Assembly (NCBI RefSeq): GCF_006345805.1 | Contig: NC_043011.1 | Span: forward strand, 26,362,464-26,426,463 | DNA length: 64,000 nt | Direction of reading: 5' to 3' | Source of the DNA: Octopus sinensis | Lineage: Eukaryota | Shown here: piece by piece, positions 50,938-62,639 of the stretch | How the letters are laid out: each line of letters starts with the position of its first letter | How positions within the stretch are numbered: position 1 is the first letter of the stretch | Position numbers and translations under genes: made by a program | Notes under the pieces: model-generated | Told to the model about the DNA's origin: nothing | Seen by the model: only the letters and a program-made list of their open reading frames with translations | Databases searched by the model: none

Positions 50938-53681
50938 TTTTGGTATTGGCAACATGAATGACAATGACCAGAGACTACTTGAATTTTGCACATACCATAA
51001 CCTGTGCATCACTAACACATTCTTTCCCAATAAGACATCCCACAAGGCATCTTGGAGACATCCAAGATCTCACCACTGGTATCAGCTGGATCTCATCATT
51101 ACACGAAGACCCTTTCTGAATTCTTTTCAACTGACTCATAGTTACCACAGCGCGGATTGTGACACAAATCATTCACTAATAAGAAGCAGGGTGAGGATTC
51201 TTAAAAGTGAGGATTCTTAAAAAGTCTATCACTCCAAGAAAATGAGCCGACCACGCATTAACACTGCCAGAACCTCCGACCCTACACAGCGACAATGTTT
51301 TGCTGTTTCTATCAAAGTTGCCCTCAGTAGCCGCCCAACCACCTCTGCTGAAAGTAGGTGGAATTATATCAGGGAAGCTTTGTATACCACATCAATAGAT
51401 ACTTTCGGCATGAGAGAAAGGCAAAACCCAGATTTTGTTCAGTGCTGGACTCTCAGAGCTGGAAACAGTTATCGAAACAAAGCGTGCAGCTCTGATGTAA
51501 TACAAGAGGGATTCTTCTATAAAGTCACTCGAAGAACTCAGAAAGGCAAGAAATAAAACCCAACTGACTGCTAGACTTTGTGCAAATAGGTATTGGCAGG
51601 AAATCTGTCAGAGTATCCAGTCAGCTGCTGACAGTGGCGACACCCGTGGGATGTATGCCGGTTTGAAGAAGGCCCTCGGTCCATCCGCAACCAAGTCAGC
51701 CCCTCTGAAATCAACTACTGGGGATCTTATCAAGGACCAAAGCAAGCAAATGGATAGATGGGTGGAGTACTACCAGGATCTCTACTCACGAGAGACCACG
51801 GTAGCTGAGGCTGCAATCGAGGGTGTCATGATCTTGTCAGTCATGTGTGAACTTGACAGTCTGCCATCTATAGCAGAGCTCACCAAGGCTATTGACTCCC
51901 TAGCAAGAAACAAGGCTCCGGGAAAAGACGGCATCCCCTTAGATATCATCAAAACCGGCAAAAACACCATCCTGCTTCGGCACATTCATGAGCTTCTGTG
52001 TCAGTGCTGGGAAGAGGGTACAGTTCCTCAGGATATGCGGGATGCTAACATCATTACGCTTTACAAAAACAAAGGTGACCGTGGTGATTATAACAATTAC
52101 CGTGGAATATCTCTTCTAAGCACTGTTGGAAAGGCCTCTGCTCGCATTATCCTGGCCAGGCTGCAACTGCTTGCTTCTCGAATTTATCCAGAATCGCAGT
52201 GTGGCTTTAGAAGAAGCAGATCAACTATTGACATGATATTCTCCATACGCCAACTTCAGGAGAAGTCCAGAGAGCAGAAAATGCCATTATATATGACCTT
52301 CATTGATCTGACAAAGGCCTTTGACTTGGTAAGTAGAAAAGGCCTCTTCATCCTACTCCAAAAAAATTGGATGTCCACCAAAGCTGCTGAGGATCATCAC
52401 ATCTTTCCATGATGATATGCAAGGCACCATACAGCACAATGGTTCAACATCAGCCGCCTTCCAAATAAAAAATGGGGTAAAGCAAGGTTGTGTCCTTGCT
52501 CCTACATTATTTGGCATCTTCTCGCTGCTGCTGTCACATGCCTTTGTGACATCAGATGATGGAGTGTTTCTGCACAGTAGAAGTGATGGGAAACTGTTCA
52601 ATCTCTCGCGTCTGCGTGCCAAGACCAAAATCAGAAGCATCTTGATCAAGGAGATGCTATTTGCTGATGATGCCGCTCTGGTATCACACACAGAAGAAGC
52701 CCTACAAAGGCTCATCAACTGTTTTGAGCAAGTATGTGGCAACTTTGGCTTATTTATCAGCCTCAAGAAGACTAACATCATGGGTCAGGCTACATCGACC
52801 ATCCCAAACATACATATTGGAGACCACAGACAACAGGAGGTGGAGAAGTTTACCTATCTTGGCTCTATCGTCACCTACAACCTATCCCTTGATACTGAGC
52901 TCAATATACGCATTGGCAAGGCAGCTGCTGTGATGGCCCAACTCTCCAAACGGGTATGGGACAACAATAAGCTGACCAAGACCACAAAAATTAAGATTTA
53001 CCAGACATGTGTACTTAGCACTCTACTGTATGGAAGTGATACTTGGACGCTATACACACGCCATACGACGCCATAGGTCACCTAAATATTTTTCACCTGT
53101 GCTGCCTCCGGAAAATCCTTCGCATCAAATGGCAGAATCATGACCCCAACAAAGATGTCCTCAAGCAAGCAGGAATACCAAGCATGTTTACACTCCTCAC
53201 ACAAAGACGTATGAGATGGCTTCGACATGTTAGCCGTATGGAAGATAGCAGAATCCCCAAGGACATACTCAACGGAGAGCTTGCTAGGGGCACAAGGTCT
53301 GTGGGAAGACCGTTCTTACGACACAAGGATGTTTGCAAAAAGGACATGAATGCCTGAAACATCAATATTACCAACTGGGAAGCAGTTGCCAGCAACCTTG
53401 GAGATTGGCGACGTACCGTAAAAGAGGGAACACAAAGGAGTGACATAGAGGGAGAGGAGAAATGGAAAGACAAGAAAAGACGTCAACAAGAAAGAATGAC
53501 ATTACAACCAGCCAGGCAAAGTCTTCGCTACATTTGCGGCACCTGCAAGAGGGAGTGTTTGTCCAGGATAGGACTACACAGCCACAGCAGGAGATGTATT
53601 AGGACATGAAATGTAAAAGCCGGACTAGATTATTTTATGCGCAACTCATTGTCTCCCGAGACAAAAAGGATGCCAACAACC
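50938..53681 (+). mobile_element. RTE (BovB-like) LINE, 5'-truncated, APE end plus RT plus 3' end, frameshifted
   Basis: RLLEFC...TNTFF...WRHPRSHHWYQLD; KAPGKDGIP; NYRGISLLS; QCGFR; FIDLTKAFD; GVKQGCVLAPTLF; LFADDAAL; RWLRHVSRM; typical RTE 3' terminus. Confidence 0.95.
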
Positions 53682-53723
53682 ATATATATGGATTTCGTAG
53701 ACAGGAACTGAAACAAATCAATC

Positions 53724-53809
<86 letters not shown>

Positions 53810-54344
53810 GTGTATATGTGTGTCTTTGTGTCTGTGTTTCGCCTTCATCACTGCTTCACAACTGCTGTTCATTTATTTACATCCACAAAACTTACTGGTT
53901 TCACAAGAACAAACTAATAGAATAAGTACTAGGCTTATCAACATAAAAAAGCACTAGGCTGTGTCTCATATTTTTGTTTGCCCACTCAATTGTATCTATC
54001 AATTTATTTTTTTGTGTGTGTGTGTATCTATCTATCTATCTATATATATATATAACACCCTAATGGGTGCCTTAACTCCCAAATTTTAGTCATTTCTTTT
54101 ATGATCCAAAACTAGGTCAAAAGTACTGAATGGATCTTTATAAAATTTGGAAATTATATTCTAAGCATAAGGGCCATAACCCCCATGACAATTCATATAT
54201 TTTTGCTGTTGATGAAATTTTAATCATAGATATTAGACACAAATGAAGTAATATTTATAAAATTTCATCTTCTTACAAAGTTAGAAAGACCCCTCCATGG
54301 GGACTTAACACCCACAATTTTGTCATTTTATCTAAGCAAAAACG

Positions 54345-54533
54345 AATACAGTTGTGCTCTTGGAAGCTGTAGGGTTACCCGAGCAAAAACTGTCAGATGA
54401 ACGGCAACGTGAAACTCAGAGTAACAGGTTTTGTAGAATTTTCTGCTGCTTTAAATAAAGCATATTACTCTACCACTGGTATTTGAGTACTCTTTTTTTC
54501 CACCTTGTTTCACATTTATGTGTTTACTCCGGT
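54345..54533 (+). mobile_element. Short hammerhead-bearing element H2 ending in (TA)n
   Basis: Hammerhead fold followed by a T-rich tail of about 100 nt ending CCGGTATATATA. Confidence 0.6.
54386..54432 (+). ncRNA. Type I hammerhead candidate with U4A core variant
   Basis: AAAACUGU-CAGAUGA-ACG(GCAA)CGU-GAAA-CU(CAG)AG-UA-ACAG(G)UUUU; all three stems pair. Confidence 0.65.
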
Positions 54534-54779
54534 ATATATATATATATATTAACTCCAAGAAAGTTAGAGGTTGTGAATCCAACCAACTAAGGGATAATAT
54601 CTATCCAATATACTGCTGGTAGAATACCCAATTATTAATACACAAGTGTTTTTTATTGCATTCCAATGTACTAAATGGGTGAAGGTAAAGAGATATTTTA
54701 CCATTAATTTATATAGCAATAAGAAAATGGAGGAGATCAATAGGTGGTTCATCAACTTTTAGACATAATATTAATTTAT

Positions 54780-55060
54780 TTATTTATTTATTTACTAAAC
54801 TGATAATTACAATAATATACATACATATAACATATTATTCTTTACATTAAGATATAAGATATAAAATATAAAATATAGGAATATATAAGGATACCAGTAA
54901 TTATTATAAAATAACAAACATTCCCAATTTATACTCATGTTTGTTATTTTATAATAATTACTGGTATCCTTATATATTACTATATTTTATATTTTATATG
55001 TAAAGCATAATATGTTATATGTATGTATATTATTGTAATTATCAGTTTAATAAATAAATA
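54780..55060. repeat. Long AT-rich inverted repeat (arms about 125-140 bp, 15-nt spacer)
   Basis: ...ATAACAAACAT-TCCCAATTTATACTC-ATGTTTGTTAT...; one 13-nt indel. Confidence 0.9.
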
Positions 55061-55355
55061 TATATATATAAGGTAGTGCTCCAGCGTGGCCGTAGTCAAA
55101 TGACAGAAACATATATATAGTAACTATAAAGAAACAAATGTGATCTATCAAAGCCCGATATCCTCCATCCCCGTGCTGTATTATTCTTGTTTGTAAGTAT
55201 ATACATATATGTATGGGTATGTATAAACGTGTGTGTGTGTGTGTATGTGTGTTTGTGTGTGTGTGTGTGTGTGTTTGTATGTGTGTGTGTGTGTGTGTGT
55301 GGCATATATATATATATATATATGTGTGTGTGCATATATATATATAATATATATA

Positions 55356-55402
<47 letters not shown>

Positions 55403-55408
55403 ATATAT

Positions 55409-55441
<33 letters not shown>

Positions 55442-55469
55442 GCATATATATATACATATACATATATGT

Positions 55470-55673
55470 ATATGTGACGTCCTTGTCATTCTCATAATCA
55501 TCCTCATCATCACCATCATTACCAGCAGCACCAACAACATCAGCAATAACAACAATACCATTACCACGATATCAAGATAACCAATTATATTTCCATATGA
55601 TGTCTCAAGGATATATATCGGATTTTCATGTGGAGATATTTCGTTTCTTTTGTTGCTATGAACGTTGTTGTTC

Positions 55674-55714
<41 letters not shown>

Positions 55715-55880
55715 GCTGCTGTCGTTGTTGTTGACAACGATGATGACGACAACGACCACGATCACGACCACGATCACGACCACGATCACGACGACGACAT
55801 CGACGGCGACCAATGACGAGGATGACGATGACAATGACTATGATGATGATGATGATGAGGAGGAGGAGGAGGAGGAGGAG

Positions 55881-55912
<32 letters not shown>

Positions 55913-55930
55913 TGGCGTCAATGATGATGA
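55470..55930. repeat. Tri/hexanucleotide low-complexity tract (CAT, GCT, GACCACGATCAC, GAT, GAG, GAC)
   Basis: Seen directly. Confidence 0.9.
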
Positions 55931-55931
55931 C

Positions 55932-56128
55932 GAGCGAGCTGGCAGAAACGTTAGCACGCCGGGCGAAATGCTTAGCGGTATTTCGTCTGCCGTTACGTTC
56001 TGAGTTCAAATTCCGCCGAGGTCGACTTTGCCTTTCATCACTGAGGTCGATGTAATCGACTTAATACCTATGCCTGTCCTTGTTTGTCCCCTCTATGTTT
56101 AGCCCCATGTGAGTAATAAAGAAATAGG
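55932..56128 (+). mobile_element. SINE B with internal deletion
   Basis: Head GCGAGCTGGCAGAAACG; core partly deleted; tail type 1. Confidence 0.85.
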
Positions 56129-56175
56129 TAATGATGATGACAGTGGTGGTATGGTTCTTGTTGAGATTGTTGTTG

Positions 56176-56407
56176 ATGCTGTTGCTGATGATGATGTCGT
56201 TGTTCTTACTGTCGCTATGGTTGTTGGTTATACTACGATGTTATTCGAAACTATTATGCTTGTTTTTGTTATTGTTGTCAACGATGTTGCTGATGATGAT
56301 GTCGTTGTTCTTACTGTCGCTATGGTTGTTGGTTATACTACGATGTTATTCGAAACTATTATGCTTGTTTTTGTTATTGTTGTCAACGATGTTGCTGATG
56401 ATGATGT
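56176..56407. repeat. 105-bp tandem duplication
   Basis: TTACTGTCGC anchor at 56206 and 56311; the units read identically. Confidence 0.9.
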
Positions 56408-57907
56408 CACGAGGTAGTATCAAAAACTTACCCAGACTAGTTCTGTGATGCGCCAACAGATGGCAGCACACGGTTGCGTGCGCAGTGAGAGTTAGCAGTG
56501 ACCTTCATGAGACAGTATGCCGAGTGACATTGCTTTGTTTTACTTCGCAACTTGTAGAATTGGTATTTTTGTGATCACGTGTATGCTGTAGTCTGCGATT
56601 CTGTCATAGACAAGAACAAAAAAAACCAGCGTGAAATTTTGTGTTATACTCGGGAAGTCTGCTACAGAGACATTGAGCATGCTTCGGCAAGCTTACGGCG
56701 ACGAAGCAACGGCTCGTACGCAATGTTTCGAGTGGCGCATGCGCTTCAAAGGCGGGAAAACGTCCCTGAAAGACGATGGGCGATCGGGAAGACCTGCCAA
56801 GGGAATCACCCACGGAAATGTGGTATTGTGCATCGTGAATTCGTCCCTGAGGGCCAGACCGTCAATTGAGAGTTCAACTGCAACGTTTTGAAGCGTCTGA
56901 TGGAGGACATTCAGCGAAAGCGACCGGATCAGTGGAGCGCGAAGGATTCAATTCTTCACGATGACAATGCACTCTGTCAACGAGCTCTTTTCACTTGTGA
57001 GTTTCTCGCCAAAAACATGGTATCGCTTCCACACACGCCCTATTCACCAGATTTAGTACCTGCAGGCTTCCATCTCTTCCCCAATATGAAATTGCAGCTC
57101 ATAGGTCCCCGCCGTTTTAACACCATTTTCAAGATCCAGAGTGAATCGCAGAACGTCCTCGACTCGCTTAAAGAAAACGACTTCCAGGCTAGATTCCGAA
57201 AGTGACAGGGTCGCTGGAACCGTGTATTGCAGTGCAAGGTGACAATTTCGAAGGAGATCATGTTAAAGCTTAGGTACTCTTTTACTTGTTTCAGTCATTT
57301 GACTGCGGCCCATGCTGGGGCACCGCCTTCAGTCGAGCAAATCGACCCCAGGACTTATTCTTTTTAAGCCTAGTATTCTATCGGTTTCTTTTGCCGAACC
57401 GCTAAGTTACGGGGACGTAAACACACCAGCATCGGTTGTCAAGTGATGTTAGGGAGACAAACACAGACAACACACACACATACATATATATATATATATC
57501 TGTCGTTACGTTCTGAGTTCAAATTCCGCCGAGGTCAACTTTGCCTTTCATCCTTTCGGGATCGATAAATAAAGTACCAGTTTCGCACTGGGGGCGATAT
57601 AATCGACTCAATCCCTTCATCTGTCCTTGTTTGTCCCCTCTGTGTTTAGCCCCTTGTGAGCAGTAAAGAAATATATATATATATATATACATATATACGA
57701 CGGTCTTCTTTCAGTTTCCGTCTACCAAATCCACTCACAAGGCTTTGATCGGCCCGAGGCTATAGTAGAAGACACTTGCCCAAGGTGCCACGCAGTGGGA
57801 CTGAACCCGGAACCATGTGGTTGGTAAGCAAGCTACTTACCACACAGCCAATGAGTTATTTTTGGCTAAACACAACTCGTCCGCGAAACTTTTGATACCA
57901 CTTCGTA
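56408..57907 (+). mobile_element. Internally deleted mariner with nested SINE A (57275-57850, minus) and SINE B (57499-57672, plus)
   Basis: Left TIR CACGAGGTAGTATCAAAAAC, right TIR CTTTTGATACCACTTCGTA; HTH region (GRSGRP) fused to GIVHREFVPEGQTVN; HDDNA and PYSPDL motifs. Confidence 0.9.
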
Positions 57908-57978
57908 TGATTGTTGCTGACGTCGTTGACGATAATGTTGCTGTTACAGTTGCTTTTAATGTGCTGCTGCTGCTGCCG

Positions 57979-58011
<33 letters not shown>

Positions 58012-58141
58012 ACGTTGCTTTTGTTATCTACATGTTTTTCCTTTTGTCTATTGTGGAAATTAATGTTGGTATTTTCAGCTTGGTTTCTACAATAATAATA
58101 ATTCAATACGATCGCGAAAAATATCATCACCACACCACCAC

Positions 58142-58187
<46 letters not shown>

Positions 58188-58426
58188 GTCGTCGTCGTCG
58201 TCATCATCATCAACATCATCGTCGTCGTCGTCGTCGTCGTCATCTACTTTCTAGTGTTGTTTCTCCCCGTCTTCTTCTCCTCCTCTTCCTCCTCTCCCTT
58301 TTCTCCTCATCCTCCTCTTCGTCATCGTCGTCACCGTCATCATTACCCTTGTCATCATCACTAGCAAAAACATGACTTCTACACACACTCCTGCACACGT
58401 GCACACAAACACACATACACACGCGT

Positions 58427-58472
<46 letters not shown>

Positions 58473-59666
58473 CCCTTTCTACTCTACTAAAATTGCCGGC
58501 TTTCGTCGTCGTCGTCGTCGTCGTTGTTGTTGTTGTTGTTGTTGCCTTGAGTCTTTGAAAAACATGAGGAACGGGATGACAAGGTACTGGGCTGATTTCC
58601 GTGCGTATTTTGTTTTTGATGTTCAACAACGTCGTGCATTTTAATTTTCCTGCCTGGCACTAAACTACGTAAGCCGTCTTACAGTCGAGTGAATGGATTT
58701 AGTGAACAGCCTGGAAGTAATGTATTCCTTAATGAAGTGGAGCTGTCGAGTGGTTTATTCTGATTTTTACACAGCAGAACAATGTTTTTCAGCGCTTTGC
58801 TAGCTTAGCTTGAGCTTGTCTCCATGTGCCTTCGCTCGAAGACAGATCTTGAAGAGAGGATGAAGTCGTTGGTGAGGTCGCGAATAACGAAGAAAGGATT
58901 TTAACAAACAAACAACCGATTGATTGTTTGATATATATGGTTGTTTAACCAACACATTAAACAAACGATCGATTAGTTACCTGGTTAGACATTTAACCGA
59001 TTGACTAACAAAAAACAAATGATATGGAACCAGTGTGTGTGTTTATTATTATTGACGTAATGACCGTCCCAAGACATAACAAAACTTTGAACTTTGCTTT
59101 TTTTTCATTTTTTTTATTTTACGTATAAACTGCATGGTCAGAAAGATGTAAGTATGGCTGAACTGGTTTAGAGATTCTATCTAGATCCCATTACAGGACG
59201 CTTTAGTCAACTGAAGTATATGAAATAAGGTTGTTGTTCATCTCAGGCCCGACTGCTCCAACCATGACCATCCTTCTTTGTTTTGTTTTGTTGTTGTTTT
59301 TTTAAGAATGGTATGTATTCAGGAACACATTATCCAATGTGTCCTTTCTTTTTAAGGACACATTATCTAGTGTCTCCTTCCCTTTTAATATAGTAGGCTA
59401 TAATCTAGAGAAGATTTAACAGTTATTTCTAACGAATCAAGAGACCACATATGGCTTTCAGGAAGATAAAAACCGTAAGGATGCCTGTCAGATGGCCTAC
59501 TTCTTTTGTAAATGAAAAAGCTAGTTTTGTCACACACTGTTGCATGCTGATTCTACATTAAGTTTAAATTAGAGCATCAGACAGATGAGTATGTAGTTTG
59601 GTTTGTCGAACAAATAGAGTACTCACCGTCGAAATTAATGCAAGATGACTTGCATGAAGGTAGCCC

Positions 59667-60306
59667 TTAACCGTTTGAACACGTGGTTTAGCGAGCGCAA
59701 TTAAGAGTTTGAAACAGTGGTTAAGCGAGCGCAGTTAACAGTTTGAACACTCGGTTTAGCGAGCGCAGTTAACCGTTTGAACCGGCGGTTAAGCGAGCGC
59801 AATTAAGAGTTTGAAACAGCGGTTAAGCGATTGCAGTTAACGGTTTGAACACTCGGTTTAGCGACCGCAGTTAACCGTTTGAACTCGCGGTTAAGCGAGC
59901 GCAATTAAGAGTTTGAAACCGCGGTTAAGCGAGCGCATTTAACGGTTTAAATACTCGGTTTAGTGACTGCAGTTAACCGTTTGAACCCGCGAGTTAAGAG
60001 TTTGAACTGCAGTTAAGAGTTTGAAACCGCGATTAAGCGTTTCAACCCGCGGTTTAGCGACCGCAGTTAAACGTTTCAACCTGCAGTTTAACGAACTCAA
60101 TTAAGAGTTTGAAACCGCGGTTAAGCGACCGCTGTTAACCGTTTAAACCCGCGGCTAAGTGAGCGCAATTAAGAGTTTGAAACCGCGGTTATGCGAGCAA
60201 AGTTAATTGTTTGAACCCTGGTTTAGCGAGTACAGTTAACAGTTTGAAACCGCAGTTTAGCGAGCGCAATTACGAATTTGAACCCGCGATTTAGCGAGCG
60301 CAGTTA
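59667..60306. repeat. CpG-rich 34-bp satellite with 3-mer higher-order repeat
   Basis: Units start at 59667, 59701, 59735, 59769, 59803, 59837, 59871, 59905, 59939 in A-B-C order, then decay. Confidence 0.92.
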
Positions 60307-61003
60307 TTACTGTTGCAAACGCTAGTCGATGTTGTTTTTGCAATTACTGAAGTTATTGTTGTTGCTATTGTTGGTGTTGTTGCTGCTGTTGCTGTTATTA
60401 TCATTGCAGTTATTGCAGTTGCAAATGCTTTAGTAAAAGTTGTTGTTGCTGTTCTTGTGGTCGCTTCTGTTATCGCTACTGTGGGAGTTGTCATTCTTGT
60501 TGTTGCTGTTATTGTTGTATATTCTACTGTTGCGTGTTGTTATTGCTATTTATTGATAATATTATTCTTGTTAGCGCCTCTGGTTAGAGACATGAGAATC
60601 TAGATTTCCTCATTAATGTTTTACACAACCAACGATAATTTAATTTGTTCCGATTTTCTCTGCAGAAGAAAAAAAAAGAAAAGGAAAAGAAGAGAAGAAA
60701 GAGGAGAGAAAGTGAGAGAGGAAGTGAGACAGAGAGAGGGAGAGAGAGAGAAACGTTCTGTGAGTAGAGTGTGAGGGAAAAGCAGGAAATCCTGTATCAG
60801 ACGAGGAAAAAAAATATAAGAAATGTGTTTCATATTAATGGAATTAGTTTGATTATGTGTGTGCGTGCGCGTATGTATGTGTACGTATGTATGAATATTT
60901 ATACTCACACACATCATATACGTATATTTACGTATATAATGTATGCATGTACATGTTCATGCATGTGTTTATATATGTGTGCGTGTGCACATATATGTAT
61001 ATA

Positions 61004-61051
<48 letters not shown>

Positions 61052-61106
61052 TATATATATATATAATAGATATATATATAATATATATACATACATATAT
61101 ATATAT

Positions 61107-61154
<48 letters not shown>

Positions 61155-61155
<1 letters not shown>

Positions 61156-61405
61156 GGTAAACTGTAAAAATAATTACAGACATGGACAAGAACATGAAAC
61201 ACCACAGAGACGACACAAGAACCCAGGACGGGACATTCGAAGCCCTCAGTCATCAGTCAAGAACCAGATCATCTTAGCAATTTCGGCTGATTAATCTTGA
61301 GATTGCTCCGATATGGGCAGCCCGCCATGGGAAATCTAAGCCAAGCGCATTAGATCCCATGGAAGAAAGCTTCGAATGTATACAACACGAGGACGGAAAA
61401 CGAAA
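61155..61405 (-). mobile_element. Unclassified repeat, second copy of 31095-31365
   Basis: Shared CTAATGCGCTTGGCTTAGATTT and TTCGAATGTCCCGTCC blocks. Confidence 0.7.
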
Positions 61406-61426
61406 TATATATATATATATAGATTA

Positions 61427-61469
<43 letters not shown>

Positions 61470-61648
61470 TAAAAATTAGAAAAAAACACTTTTATTAATT
61501 CAAAATGAACATTAATTACACCATCAAGAAAAACATATAATAGAAATATTTAATTTTAATATTTCTATTATATGTAATTTTCTTGATGGTGTAATTTAAT
61601 TGCTCATTTTGAATTGATAAAAGGTGGGGGGTTTTTTTCCTAATTTAT
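61470..61648. repeat. Imperfect palindrome (arms about 80 bp)
   Basis: ...AATAGAAATATT-TAATTTT-AATATTTCTATT... Confidence 0.85.
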
Positions 61649-61954
61649 ATATATATATATATATATATATTACACTGTGTGAAATTTGATTTAGTATTTC
61701 TAAATTGAATTTTTCCCTGTAAGTTAGGATTAATATTCCCTCAAATAATCATTATACATATATATACATATATATATATATAGGTGCGTGTGTGCGTATG
61801 TGAATACTTTATAGATGTATGTACATAGATTGTGTAAACACATATTACGTATCCATATATATATATATAGTGTAATAAATAAAATATATGCATACATACA
61901 TACATATATGTACGTACATACATCTACATGTATATATACATGCATATATAAATA

Positions 61955-62469
61955 TATATACGTGAGTACAGGACACCACAAATAGACGTAGAACTCAACG
62001 AGAAACGAAAACGTAAAAACAAACATGGAAACGGACCTTTTTTTAACAACGAAAAAACAGAGTACAAAACAAACAACACAAGGAAAATTCCCCTTCATCA
62101 GCTGTCCCTAGTACGACTCTATGTGTGTTTCGAAGGTGAGGACAGAACACGACTCGTCGAACTAGCCCTTCCTGCGAAGGAATTAAATAAAATTCCTTTG
62201 CAGAGGGGTAAAAACAACGAAAGAAAAAAATGTGACAAAAACAGGACGTAAAAACGATACAAATAAAATTACAAAATAAAATACAAAATAAAAATACAAT
62301 TACAAAAAAATACAGTGCAAGAAATAAAAACAAACAATGAAGGCCTTTTTTTGGCCTAGACGAGGAAAGATTTTTAAGAGCGCAGGAAGAAAGCGTGTTC
62401 ACTGTTAGGAGGCACGCTCATCAGAGGTATCCGACATGGAAGGGAATATGGCGACTGCTCTCCACTGCC

Positions 62470-62470
<1 letters not shown>
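61955..62470 (-). mobile_element. Probable Penelope-like 3' UTR/pLTR remnants between (TA)n tracts
   Basis: Two CTGATGA motifs and T-rich tails on the minus strand; hammerhead folds incomplete. Confidence 0.4.
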
Positions 62471-62532
<62 letters not shown>

Positions 62533-62639
62533 TGTGTATATATGTGTATGTGCGTGTGGGCGTACGCATTTATACATATTATTTGTGCATGCGTGTGTGT
62601 GTGTGTAAACATTTCAGTCTGAACAAAGAAAGAAATGAT

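Noticed and set aside
58791-58871. Exon between TTTTTCAG and G|GTGAGG
   Set aside because: Stops in all three frames from the acceptor; only a 16-codon ATG-initiated stub remains.
59667-60306. CRISPR-like array (34-bp period)
   Set aside because: Units are contiguous variants of each other with no unique spacers, in a eukaryotic context.
61225-61262. Hammerhead at CTGATGA-CTGAGGGCTTC-GAAT-GTC (minus) and its homolog near 31262
   Set aside because: GAAU instead of GAAA, no stem III or stem I, and the core is not conserved between the two copies.
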